Shown here one piece after another: positions 49,362 to 61,776 of a stretch of 64,000 nucleotides of DNA. A model generated the notes under the pieces. The model saw only the letters and a program-made list of their open reading frames with translations, ran no database searches and had not been told where the DNA came from. The stretch is taken from assembly GCF_001194135.2 (NCBI RefSeq), contig NC_068987.1, forward strand, positions 4,977,564 through 5,041,563, read 5' to 3'. Source of the DNA: Octopus bimaculoides (lineage: Eukaryota). Each line of letters begins with the position of its first letter. Positions within the stretch are counted from its first letter, which is position 1. A program made the translations under genes and the position numbers.

Positions 49362-49603
49362 TGGTGTGCAAGAGAGACGACTGCACTGGTATGGTCACGT
49401 GTTGCATATAAATGAGGACAGCTGTGTGAAAAAGCATCACACCCTAGCAGTAGAGGGAACCTGTGGAAGAGGTAGATCCAGGAAGACCTGGGATGAGTTG
49501 TTGAAGCATGACCTTCGAACATTGGACTCCACAGAGGCGATGACAAGTGACCGAGACCTTTGGAGATATGCTGTGCTTGAGAAGACCCGTCAAGCCAAGC
49601 CCA
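49362..49603 (+). mobile_element. RTE-clade LINE 3' end
   Basis: QERRLHWYGHVLHINEDSCVKK...VEGTCGRGRSRKTWDELLKHDLR...DRDLWRYAV. Confidence 0.88.
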
Positions 49604-51224
49604 TCTAAGAGTACCCTTCAATCATTGTGCAATAAATTGCGCGTGTGAAGACCTATTGAGTCAAGTGAAGTCATTGTTGTGGCCGATGACAGTACTGCCT
49701 GATTTACAGCTGAGTGGACTGGAGAAACATGAAGTGTTTTGCTCAAGAATACAATGCATCGCTCAATCCAAGGACTGAAACCACAATCTAGTGATTGTCA
49801 GTGCAATGCCTTAACTATTAGGTCATACATCTTCACACACATACACACATCATCATCATTTAGTGTCCCCTTTTCTATGCTGGCATGGGTTGGTTGGTTC
49901 AACAGGCACTGATGAGCCAGAGGACTGCTCCAAATGGCAATGTCTGCTTTGGCCTAGTTTCTATAGCTGGATGCCCTTCTCAATGCCAACCACTTTACAA
50001 AGTGTATTGGGTGCATTTTATGCGACAACAGCACTACTGAGGTCACTAAGTACTCACAAGACAAGCACCCCGCTCAACTGAGTGAGAGTATAGTATTGAA
50101 GGATGTGAAAGTATGAGAAAGGGACAGGGACAGGTGTCTTGCTGACAAGGCTAACACATGATTTCTGTATCTGATGATGATGATGGTGTATTCTCTAAGT
50201 ACAAGGTGAAAATGGGAGAGAGAGAATAGGATAGAGGAACAGAAATGGTGGGTGGGTAGTTCATTTCAGTGTGAAAAGAATGTGCGGGTGAGAGGGAGAT
50301 AATGCATTTTGCTTCACATTTTTTAATTAGAACAAAAATTATAAGATTAGTAGATAGATGTCACCAGCCACATATTTACAGTCCTTCACGTTTACATGAA
50401 AAAAGATATGTTGCTGGAAGAAGCCATTAAAAACCAGAAAACTAAATGATAAATTGCCACATGTGCAACTACATAAGAAATGCATGCACACATGTATATT
50501 TGTACACAAATGCACATTTGTATATACACACATGCACACAAATACATGTAAGTTTCACTTCATCCAATTTATTTCTAATTCAATTTTTAACTTGCTTCCA
50601 TCTCTGTTCAATAATCTGTATTTTTTACTTTCTTGGTCCGATCGCTGTCTTACGCCTCAAGATAAAAGTGTGAAAATAAAACCTCTTTTCTTGGATCTCC
50701 TGTTACTCCCACTGCAGCAGTTGTTCCCTTCTCCTTTCTAGCAGGAGTTCATATATTTTAGTTTTTATTTCCTCTCCATTACAAAATGTTCTGTCAATGT
50801 TTTGTTTTTTAAAAAAAAAACTAATGAGGAAATTAACTTTTACAGACCCTCTTTTACTCTTGTCTACCCACTCATTAACTAGGTTTTATAAAATTGACAT
50901 CACAGCTTCAGTTCATTTATCACTCTTTCTTTCACATTCTGATGGTACATTTGATTTCTTTTCAATCATGCTGATTTGTATCCTTTTCTATTCCAATGCA
51001 TTCCATTTCTCCATGGTCTTTTATTGCTGTTAGTAATTTATATCCTGTCCCATGGCACTGGTTTATTGTCCTGAAAAAAATTTGTTTTTAATTTTGGCAA
51101 CTCACACATATGTCTTGCCTTGGGCTCTCAATTGCCAGAGGAATTGTAAGGACACTGGTCAAAAACTGTATGCCAGTTTTCTCCATCAGCTGATCTTAGT
51201 TCTTCCCATACACATCAGGTGGCA

Positions 51225-51785
51225 ACACATCTCCAGTCATCTTGGGTTTTGAGCTTAGTCACCTGCATATTCCCAGGTGATGCTTGGTTGCTTCAGATTT
51301 TCTTTGAAGAAGACAAACCATGTCTTCTTGGGTCTGCCGTCTCTTCTTTCATCCTTCTGGTGGTACCCATTGTATAGCTGTCTTAGGTATTTCTTCTTTT
51401 GGCAATTGGAAGACATGATCTGCAAGTCTTACTCTTCGTTCCACCACAATCTCTCTCAGGCTGTACAGATTGGCTCTTCTCAGGACTTCAGAGTTTGTGA
51501 TTCTGTGTAGACACATTGGATGGAATGCATTCAGCCTTTGAGTAATCTTGGCAGTCATTTTCTAAATTTCTCCTGCATAAACTGCTGTTGGCAAGACAAT
51601 GTTTGGTACAGCAAGATCTTCATACAATTGGTAATTGAAGTTCTGCTCTAGACCTTGTTCAGTACTCTAAATACTGCCACTACATGCCTTATTTTGGAGT
51701 CGACATCTGCCTCAGTACCCTACTCTGTAGAAATAATGCTGTCCAGGTGAGGGAAATTGGTGACGCCCTCAATGGCTTCTCATAC
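51225..51785 (-). mobile_element. RTE-clade LINE remnant (RT C-terminal region)
   Basis: QRLNAFH..CLHRI..TNSEVLRRANL..SLREIVVERRVRLADHVFQLPKEEIPKTAIQWVPPEG..RRGRPKKTW, with stops and frameshifts. Confidence 0.85.
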
Positions 51786-53489
51786 TTATAGTCAAGTGCT
51801 TATAAGTACAAAGTTAGTCTGGTCCACAAATTATATTGTCTTACATACTATAATATTCAATGGTGTTGATATGGCATGAAGGAGCATAGCATAATGGTTT
51901 GGGTACTGCACTAATGATTGCCAGGTTGCAGTTTTGACCCCTGGACCAAGCAGTGCATTGCATTTTTAAGCAAAACACTTCATTCCACATTGCTACTGTC
52001 TACTTGGCTGTAAATGAGTAACTTTGCAATGGACCAGTATCCCATTCAAGGGAAATGTTGTGATGTCATTGACTTATACACAATCAATACCACATAACAG
52101 ATGCTATGAGTTCTATTGTTCATGCTGTTGATATCACAGAAAAATATTGTACTATGCTGCTTTATTTCTATGTTTCTTTTTTTTTTTATCAATGAACCAT
52201 GTATTTGAATACAGAATGCTCCCCTTTAAAGGCATCTCATCACCCATTAGTTGCAATGTTTAATTTTACATCCTTCTTTGTAGACTTTTATTCTTAACCC
52301 AACCATTCTTGTTTCATTTGCTGATTTGACTTGTCTTCTGCTACTTCAATATTTGTAGCAAGTAATGTAAATGTCTGCTGCTATTTTCCATCCTTCTTTT
52401 CCATCCACTATTCCAGGGAGGATTGTGGAGCTAGAGTCTTTTGACCCCCCACCTGTCAGAAGCCGCCATCATTATACATACCATTTCCTAATTACTAATA
52501 GTTGTCCCCTCCCGGACCCACTTCAGGTTCCCAAAACCTGCATTCTTTGTGCACCTACCCCACACTTCCCAGAATAAGATGCAGGCTTAGGCTTACTATC
52601 AATTATACTGGCATTGGATGGAAACAGCATTAGAATGGACCCCTCTACCTGAGATCCAAATGTGTCCTTTGTTGACCCATGCAGTGGGTAATGTGATATG
52701 GTTATTCTTTGAAACTCTTTTCATATTGCAGTTTTTGGTAGTCTTATTCATGCCAGGCACCAAGCTGGTATTTGGATTGGACTCAGTTATTTTCATTTGT
52801 TTTATGAATATATCGCTATTGTAGTTTGATAAATTTAGCATGTAGACTATTACCACAGCTAATTCTTTGTCTCTGACTCAGTTGGCATTCTGTAGTTGCT
52901 TTACATTTTTATCATCTCATTAAACAGTTGCTAATCATACATAATGTTTTCAAATTTTTATGGAAACCATTTTTATCAGATAATTCTTGACATCACATGT
53001 CTATCATCATCATCATCATCATTTAATGTTGCATTTTCCATGCTGATATGGGTTGGAGGATTCCATAGGGACTAAGAAATGAGTCAGATGGTTGTGCTGA
53101 GCTACAGTGTCAGCTTTGGCATGGTTTCTATGACTGGATGCCCTCCCTAACACCAACCTTTTTACAGAATATTTTGGCTGCTTTTTTTTCATGGCACCAG
53201 CACTGGTGAGGCCATCAAGTACTTGCAAGACTCCCTCAACTGAGTGGGGTATTTATTAAGGGATATGAAAGTATGATAGAAAGACAGGAGTAGATATCCT
53301 GTTTTATATACAAAAAAAAATTCTGGTTATTTTATCTGCTCAATTCAGTTGGGTTTTTGTGTTGGGAGTAGGTTATCCAGTGTACCAAGCTCTTTCTTAT
53401 GTATAATGAAGTGACTGATTTTTATTCCTCTCTTCACACAAATTTTTATCTTGCGTATATTAATATCCAGTTTGGCAAGAGTAGATTTT

Positions 53490-53874
53490 CTTAAACTTTG
53501 TTGTATATTTTCACAATCATTCCATGGATTAAAAAGATTCATCAACAAGGAAGCTGGTTGCTTTATCAGTGGGATAATATGACTCGATTCATTCACATTT
53601 TAAAGATTAATATGTCAAGAGTCACAATCAGCAGCAGTATTGGAATGTCAGACGAATTCCATTTTTTTTCCTTTTCTTCTTCACTTGTCGCCAACAGTTT
53701 TAACAAAACCAGTGATTTTTACCATTAAGACATAAACTTGTAGAATATTGGCAAGAAGACATGAATAATGAAGGAGAATATATTATAGACTGATTTGTTA
53801 AAATTCTTGATGGAAAACAAGGATTTAAAATAAATGGAAAAAAGAAAAAGAATGAATTTATCTGACAACCCAAT
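53490..53874 (+). pseudogene. Decayed mariner transposase 3' fragment with right TIR
   Basis: HKLVEYWQEDMNNEGEYIID* (stop 53791-53793) resembles the mariner C-terminus; upstream QWDNMTR and SDEFHFF resemble HDNARPH and SDYHLF; followed by AATGAATTTATCTGACAACCCAA. Confidence 0.65.
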
Positions 53875-54248
53875 GTATTTTCTTCTTCTTCATCATCATC
53901 ATCATCGTTTAACATCTGTTTTCCATGCTGGCATGGGTTGGATGGTTTAACTGAGGTCTGGTGCAGCCAGTGGCTGCACCAGACTCCAGTCTGATCTGGC
54001 AATGCTTCTTACAGCTGGATGCCCTTCCTAATGCCAACCATTCATCTTCATTAAATAAATTAAGCAAATATATTCTTCGTGCATTGCGTTTCTTGCTTTT
54101 TCACATTTTTATATCATTTACATCCACATTATTCATCAAATACTTTTTTTTTTTTTCTGCCGACATGTTATAATATTTTGTGTATCTTTTTGTATTTCTG
54201 AATGTTATCTTGAAGAAATCTTGATGTTTGTTTCTTTTCTCTGCTTAA

Positions 54249-54525
54249 CCCTCAAACGGTGGACGTCATCAAATGATGTTCCATTAGAGAACAGCAGACG
54301 TCATCAATTGCTGTTCCAAAAACTTTATATGGATATGGCCATCATCAAAAGGACATGAATATTTCACAGAACTTTTCAGTGGAGATTGTAAATTTTATTG
54401 TGAGAGACTTAACAATTATTATAGCATTTTTACTTATGAAAATAAGTATAAAATTTATCCTTAAAAAAAAGATTCTTTTTTTTTTGTTTTTGCTCCATTT
54501 GGCACACGTTCATGCCGTTGAAGGG
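54249..54525. mobile_element. piggyBac-like MITE
   Basis: TTAA-CCCTCAAACGG ... CCGTTGAAGGG-TCAA; contains two GACGTCATCAA repeats. Confidence 0.55.
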
Positions 54526-54886
54526 TCAAATGGATTCTTCCTGATACATTGCCTTGATTTTGCTCTGGGCTTATATATATATAAATACTTTTCCTTCAAA
54601 TTGTGTGAAACTAACAATTCTGGGTGTTAATCTCACCGATATCAAATTTTTCTTTCATTTTTCCCAAATGATGTTAAATACCAGTAATTCACTGGGATTG
54701 TAGTTGATCATATCCTAAAGCCTTGGTCTAGACAAAAGAAATTATTTGTAGACTTGATTTCTGCTTATCTTATTTCTGTACACTTAATTTCTTCAATCAA
54801 AAAGCTCTGTTGATGTAAATAATCTGTAATTTACCTTATAAACATTTGCACATGTATGTGACTGTTAAATATATTGATGTTAAAAT

Positions 54887-55076
54887 AGTCATCTGTGTAT
54901 CATACTTAATGTGTACATACTGTTGAAAGACCAGTTACAGCAGTATTTGTCCAGAGATAACATCTCTTAAAAGCATAATATCAAGAGACATTTATAAGAG
55001 ATGATATATCAGACAAATACTACAGTAACTGGCCTATAAACAGTGTATATACATTAAGTATGGTACATAGATGACT
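54887..55076. repeat. ~190-bp foldback
   Basis: AGTCATCTGTGTATCATACTTAATGTG...CAGTATTTGTC versus GACAAATACT...CATTAAGTATGGTACATAGATGACT; inner CATCTCTTA/TAAGAGATG. Confidence 0.85.
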
Positions 55077-56831
55077 TTTAATTAAATACAGCCTCAATTG
55101 CATAACTGGATAATTGATGTTAATTGTATTTGATTTTCTGCCAAATGCACAGATACAAACAATTGAATGTTGGACTAAATGATTTAGTTTCTAAATTACA
55201 AGCCACACATTTCTACATTCCCTGGTATTGACATTGCTTATCATTCTTCCAGTTTTCACGAAATAAGTATCCAAAGTAATTTTTGTTTTCTTTTTAATAA
55301 ACAATAACAAAGGCTATGAAGTTTAGATTCTGGGTAACAAGATTCATTGTTGTGAGTTCAAATTATATCACAGCCCCACTGTTGTGTTCTGGTAAGGTGT
55401 TCAATAAAGATAGGCTCTATAGTTGAAAGGTTAAGCATAAGAAAAGGTAAAAATGTAATTCATTCAAAAATAGGACATGGAGTGCTCAACTCAAATATTG
55501 AGTTCATGAGCAGGCTGTTCCGTTGAAGGGATCAACTAGAAGTCATCATCGTGACCAATAGAGTGCCAGTTAAGTGAAGGCATGTGGCTCAGTGGTTAGT
55601 GTTTTTAGCTCATAATCATATGGCTGTGAGTTCAATTCCTAGCTGTATGTTGTGTCCCTAAGCAAGGCACTTTATTTCTCATCTACTCAGCTGGCAAAAA
55701 TAGGTAGTGCCTATATTTCTATGTCAAGCTGAGGCTCTCTGAGAACAACATTAATTGTGTACATGTCTGTGGAGTGCTCAACCACTTGCATATTAATTTC
55801 ATGGGCAGGCTGTTCCATTGATCGGATCAACTGGAACCCTCGTCATCATAACCGATGGAGTGCCGCAACGACAAACATGGTTTTGAATTAATTCTATGTT
55901 TGTCTTTAGAATGACATTGTAGGGTAGGTGTGAAAGGCCTGATCTGGCTGGTTTGAAGATAAAACAATATTTGGGGCTGGATATGACCAGTTTGAACATA
56001 AAGTAGAATATTTGGGGCTGGATATTTCCGGTTTAAATGCTAAAGGGATAGGGACCACAGCTTTAGAACTTCATATTCTTTAATTGATCGAGTTATGCTT
56101 CTCATATGTAATCAGCTCCAAGATTTCAGCTCAGAATTTAAAGTATTGGAAAGCAACTAACCCCAAGGGAGCAGACATTCCTTATATGGCCACCATGTGT
56201 ATAAAACTAATTGGTTAACAACTCAGTAACATTATCAACAAAATATAGAAGCTTTTGAATTAATGTCCCCCACCGTATATGATATTTTCTTATCAAGCCT
56301 GTTTTTATATGGGGCAAAAAAAAAAACATGTTAATAGCACAGAAATAAAACTAGTTCAGTGAATCTGCTTTTAACATGTATTTAATCAAAAGTTCTTAAA
56401 TTACATCAGAAAATTATTTTTTTTAAAGAAAAACTTATATCGTTAAGGCATTTTTTTAATGTTGCAAAATGATGCTTCCAGTTGTTATCACAGTGACTTT
56501 GATGGTAAAAAATGTCAGATTATTTTTTTAAGTGTAGAAACATGGCATGTACTACAGAATAATGATGAAGGGAATATCATCTCCATTCTAAATGACGAAA
56601 AAAAAACAAAACAAAGAAAAGATCTTATTGTTATATCTGTTGTGTTGAGCATGCAATATAAATTTGAGTTAACTGAAATTATTTGTGGCATGTTATTTTC
56701 AAGATGAATTATTTTCCTTATTTTGCTACTGTGAGAGGCATGAACATTATAACTTCCCATTGTTCTCTTCGTTCCCTATAAATACGTTTAATTTCCAAGA
56801 ACATGAAAAACATCATTCTCATACTTGTGGC

Positions 56832-57150
56832 CAGTGGCATAGCCAGGTTCTAAAATTAGGGGCAGCAAGCACATAAAAAATAAAAAAAATTAAAAAAAGG
56901 TGTTGTGACACATACCAAACAATTTCTAACTCATTTCTCTTATAACTAATAAAATATTTTGTGTAATATAAGTGATTGTATTCTATATTCATTAATTTCA
57001 TGTTTCAGTAACGATGTCATTATGTAATTTACAGCTACTGATACAGGTAGCTGAAGAATTAAAAAAAAATTACTGGAAAGGCACCAGTTTTGAAAAATGT
57101 GCAGAGTGGGAGCTGTAGCTCCCTTTCTTCCCCTATTAGCTATGCCACTG
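56832..57150. mobile_element. hAT-type MITE, 319 bp
   Basis: TIR CAGTGGCATAGC / GCTATGCCACTG; perfect 8-bp TSD CTTGTGGC (56824-56831, 57151-57158). Confidence 0.9.
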
Positions 57151-60100
57151 CTTGTGGCAAGTGCTGTAAAGTACAACGTAATCTTAGTCCACAAACCAGT
57201 TTTAATTATTTGTTGAAGCAAACTCATTTCAGCTGATAAGGTTATTGAGAAAAGCATTAATATCACACAATCACCTCAACAAAGAGAAATCTTCATTATT
57301 GTTGTAAATTTTTTCGATGTATGCAAAAGATAAACGAGAACCAAACTGAATGAGTTTGGGCTTCACTTTGTTTCATTTTCAAGAGAGAAGCAGCTTAGTT
57401 GAAATTTACTTTCTAGTAGCTTGCTTTATTCCTGTTTTACATGTAAAGGCTGTGAAACTTCTTAATAACGTCAACTCCATCTTTCTATCTATAACTCCAG
57501 TATTTAAAGTTTTTTGGGTTTTTTTTTAACAAATAGATATATAAACTTAAGTTTATAACCTTAAAATGTTATAATCGTTATTTGGAGTTTCTAGCTGATG
57601 TCTAATCAGCTAGCTCATCACTGAGTATTCAAAAGCTCATATACTAAATATATATATATATACATATACACATGTGTGTATAATATATATACACACACGT
57701 TTATATACATTTATGTGCATGTAATATATATATNNNNNNNNNNNNNNNNNNNNNNNNNNNNNNNNNNNNNNNNNNNNNNNNNNNNNNNNNNNNNNNNNNN
57801 NNNNNNNNNNNNNNNNNNNNNNNNNNNNNNNNNNNNNNNNNNNNNNNNNNNNNNNNNNNNNNNNNNNNNNNNNNNNNNNNNNNNNNNNNNNNNNNNNNNN
57901 NNNNNNNNNNNNNNNNNNNNNNNNNNNNNNNNNNNNNNNNNNNNNNNNNNNNNNNNNNNNNNNNNNNNNNNNNNNNNNNNNNNNNNNNNNNNNNNNNNNN
58001 NNNNNNNNNNNNNNNNNNNNTCATATTTGAATAAGTTTCATCATCATCATCATCATCGTTTAAAGTCCGTTTTCCATGCTAGCATGGGTTGAATGATTTG
58101 ACTGAGGACTGGCGAACCAGATGGCTGCACCAGGCTCCAATCTGATCTGGCAGAGTTTCTACAGCTGGATGCCCTTCCTAACGCTAACCACTCCGAGAGT
58201 GTAGTGGGTGCTTTTATATGTACATACATACATACACACACACATATATATATATTTATATATATGTATAAGTATATACCTTGTTCTGAGTTCAGCTGTA
58301 GAAACCATGCCAAAACAGATATGGAATTCGGGCAGCTGGTTAGCTCCTGTCAAACCATCCAACCCATACCAGGAAAAATGGAGAATGGACATTAAATGAT
58401 GATGACAATGAATATTACAACATAAACATTTGCATCTACCATTAAAACATTTCGCAGTTCAGTGCTTTGTCATGGGAAAGACTTCAGGACATGGAAGGTT
58501 TTGAAAAGCAGCAGGCATGACTTCATCTTCTCTAAGTAATTTATGTACAAGATACAAAACTAAAACAAATTACAAACCATATTTAAACATGAACATTTAT
58601 TAATGATATTTATTGAGGCATTTAAAAGTTAACACATGAAAAAATTCTTTTAATATGATAGAATGTCCATATAATGGGAATTCATAATACAAAGATGTTT
58701 GAGAAAGGCACAGTCATAGTTACCAATTTCTTGACCCTTCAGTTATATATTTCAAAAAAACAATAAGTAAACAGGTGAGAGAACAACCAACAAAATGTAT
58801 CAGTTTGATGCTCAGGAAAAAAAGGGAAGAGTCTTTGATGTTTAAAAATTATGCGCTTATATATATGTGTGTGTGTGTGTGTGTGTATTTATTTATTTAA
58901 AAGTCTTTGCAAAAAATACTTGAAAGAACCACAATATTTTTTGAAACAATTTTTTTAAAATATAAAGAAAATCTTAGGAAAAAACAGAATGACACACACC
59001 TTTTGGAAGGAAATTTTCATGTTGTGTAAGCGCTTTCGCTGATAAGTTTCTCAAACACAGGTAATGGGGTAATCCTGCATATGGATCATCCGATAATATA
59101 TGTTTGAAAATCTTAACAGCAAAAGTTCTTACAATATGAAAACTCCAAAAGCTTTGTGTTGTTCTGTTTTTCTAAGATTTCTTTATTATAATTTTAATTT
59201 TCACATTTCCGTGCTAACATGGGGTGGGCAGGATTTGTTGAGACAGATTTTCTATGGCTGGATGCCCTTCCAATCACCAACCCTTACTTATATCCAAATA
59301 AGGTAATATTTCCTCATGGAAGAACGCAACAAAGGACGTCACTTGTTTAAAGGTGACACACATTTAGAACTATGATATGATGTCAGGACAAGGAGGTAGT
59401 AACACAAAACATGTATACAAACATATGTGTGAAGGCACATGGCTCAGTGGTGAGAGCATCGGCTCACAAATCATGGGGTAGTGAGCTCAATTCCCGGACT
59501 GGGTTGTGTTGTGTTCTTGAGCAAGACACTTTATTTCACATTGCTCCAGTTCACTCAGCTGTAGAAATGAGTTGCAATGTCACTGGTGCCAAGCTGTATC
59601 GGCCCCTTTTGCCTTTCCCTTGTATAACATCGGTGGCATGGAGAGGGGNNNNNNNNNNGAGTTGCAATGTCACTGGTGCCAAGCTGTATCAGCCCCTTTG
59701 CCTTTCCCTTGGATAACATCGGTGGCATGGAGAGGGGAGGCTGGTATGCATGGGTGACTGGGTGACTGCTGGTCTTCCACAAACAACCTTGCCTGGACTT
59801 GTGCCTCAGAGGGTAACTTTCTAGGTGCCATCCCATGGTCAGTCATGACTGAAAGGGGGTCTTACCCTTTACCCCATGCACATGTAATGGCGTAGAGAGA
59901 GGAGGCTGGTATGCATGGGCGACAGTTAGTCTTCCATAAACAACCTTGCCCAGACTTGTGCCTCAGAAGGTAACTTCCTAGGTGCAATCCCACAGTCCTT
60001 CATTACTGAAGGTGGTGGGGTCTCCTTATACATATGTATATACATGGCAGGCTTCTTTTAGTTTCTGTCTACCAAATACACTCAAAAGGCTTTGGTCGAC

Positions 60101-60722
60101 ACAAGGATATAGTAGAAGACACTCACCGGAGGAGCTATAGAATGGAACTGAACCCAGAATTATGTGGTTGGGAAGCAAACTCCTTACCACACAGCCACAC
60201 CTATGCCTTTATAGAGTTAATTTTTATTTAAAGAAAATTTTTCTTCAACCACACACACACGCATAGAAAGAAAGAAATATCTGTATGAAGTAAAGAGAGA
60301 ACAACTTGTCAAAAACTGAATCCAGAAACTTCACCGGATGTCATCAGTTGAGTCTGTACACAATGGAATTAGTGAAAAACATGTATCAACGAATAGTCTA
60401 ATGAGACCATATTGCAGGACGGGATCAAACTTGATTAAATTTGATTTGAGAAGCGAATAAGCATCGGTTATTAAAAGAGGTGTGTTAATGCAAAACATAA
60501 ATGAATATCATTCAATGAACAGTGAATATTCACAGAACAATAGCAAAGCTGCAGGAATAAAAATAAAGTCTTATTATTTCTTTAAAGATTTGCCAAATCT
60601 TCCTTCCATGTTTGTATGTATCTATTGTGTTGGATGGCATAAAGATATGAGGGTATATAAGAGTGACACCAAATACATCAATGGATATTCGGGGTAAAAA
60701 AAAAACGTCTTTAATAAATTAA

Positions 60723-60901
60723 CCCTTTCGCTACTGTATTTATTTTGAAATGCTCTGTGTTTCTTTCAATTACTTCTGCTAGTGTTAGGAACATAAATTG
60801 CGACTAAGATTTGGTGGAAGATTTTAATTCAAAACTTTATGAAAACAAGACATTTGTACTCAGAACCAGAGCCGGTTTCAGCTGGGTTGGTCACGAAAGG
60901 G
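60723..60901. mobile_element. TTAA-flanked piggyBac-like MITE
   Basis: TTAA-CCCTTTCG...CGAAAGGG-TTAA; reverse copy of the 41457 family. Confidence 0.75.
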
Positions 60902-61006
60902 TTAAAGTATGTAATGCAGACCAAACTCCAAATATGGGATCCAGGGTGATTTTTTAAAAATATTTTGAAAATAAGTACATCTTGTATGCCATCAAATACA
61001 GTGTGC

Positions 61007-61044
<38 letters not shown>

Positions 61045-61351
61045 GTGTGTGTGTGTGTGTAGCGAGAGTCCATACTGTAATTGATGGCATAAAAGATGGG
61101 CATATGAGACACACCCTGGTTCCAGTAACACATATTCAGGAAAGAAAAATGGTTTTAGTGTAATAAAGCATGTGAAAGAAACCCAACATTGCACATAGGA
61201 CCCAAGGTGATTTNNNNNNNNNNTATATATGCATGTGTATATGGTGTATTTGATGGCATAAAAGACATATGGGTATATTAGACTAGACATGCCCTGATTC
61301 CAGCAACACATATACAGGAAAAAATGTGCCTTGTAGGCCATCAAATATGGT

Positions 61352-61354
<3 letters not shown>

Positions 61355-61412
<58 letters not shown>
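61355..61412. repeat. (GA)n microsatellite
   Basis: Directly visible. Confidence 0.95.
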
Positions 61413-61419
<7 letters not shown>

Positions 61420-61650
61420 ATGTGTGTGTGAGACTAACAAAAACAAAGATCATAATGTCATGACACTAATCCTCTTAAATCCTATATTAATCAGCAGTAA
61501 AGGCTAAATATTAGCTGCCATTTCGTAGCAACTCATTACAAAAATCTTTACTTTGTGATAGATGACATTGAAATGACATTGCAAAGAGTGAATCCATATT
61601 TTCTTCAATTCTTTTGTGGATTCGGGTATCGGTCAGCAAAAGATGGGTAC

Positions 61651-61776
61651 CTATGAGTTGCTACCACCATAATGGTTGTTAATAGCATCAATTAAATCTT
61701 TCTTTCTCTTTGTAGAACATTTAATACCATTCTCTTTCATCAGTCTTTCAAGGTCAGCCACTTTAAGTTGTTCCAA
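61651..61776 (-). CDS. XRCC6: Ku70-like terminal exon, SAP domain (LEQLKVADLERLMKENGIKCSTKRKKDLIDAINNHYGGSNS*)
   Basis: aacAG; 126 nt ending in TAG; L..LKV.DL...... G......K.DLI..I is a SAP signature. Confidence 0.85.
   Translation of the reverse strand: MEQLKVADLERLMKENGIKCSTKRKKDLIDAINNHYGGSNS

Noticed and set aside
50654-50737. Minus-strand 84-nt AG/GT-bounded open segment (KEKGTTAAVGVTGDPRKEVLFSHFYLE)
   Set aside because: No phase-compatible partner exons or recognisable homology found; may be chance. A BLASTX or RNA-seq check would settle it.
59568-59720. Direct duplication flanking a 10-N gap
   Set aside because: Most simply an assembly overlap artefact within a SINE; needs read support.
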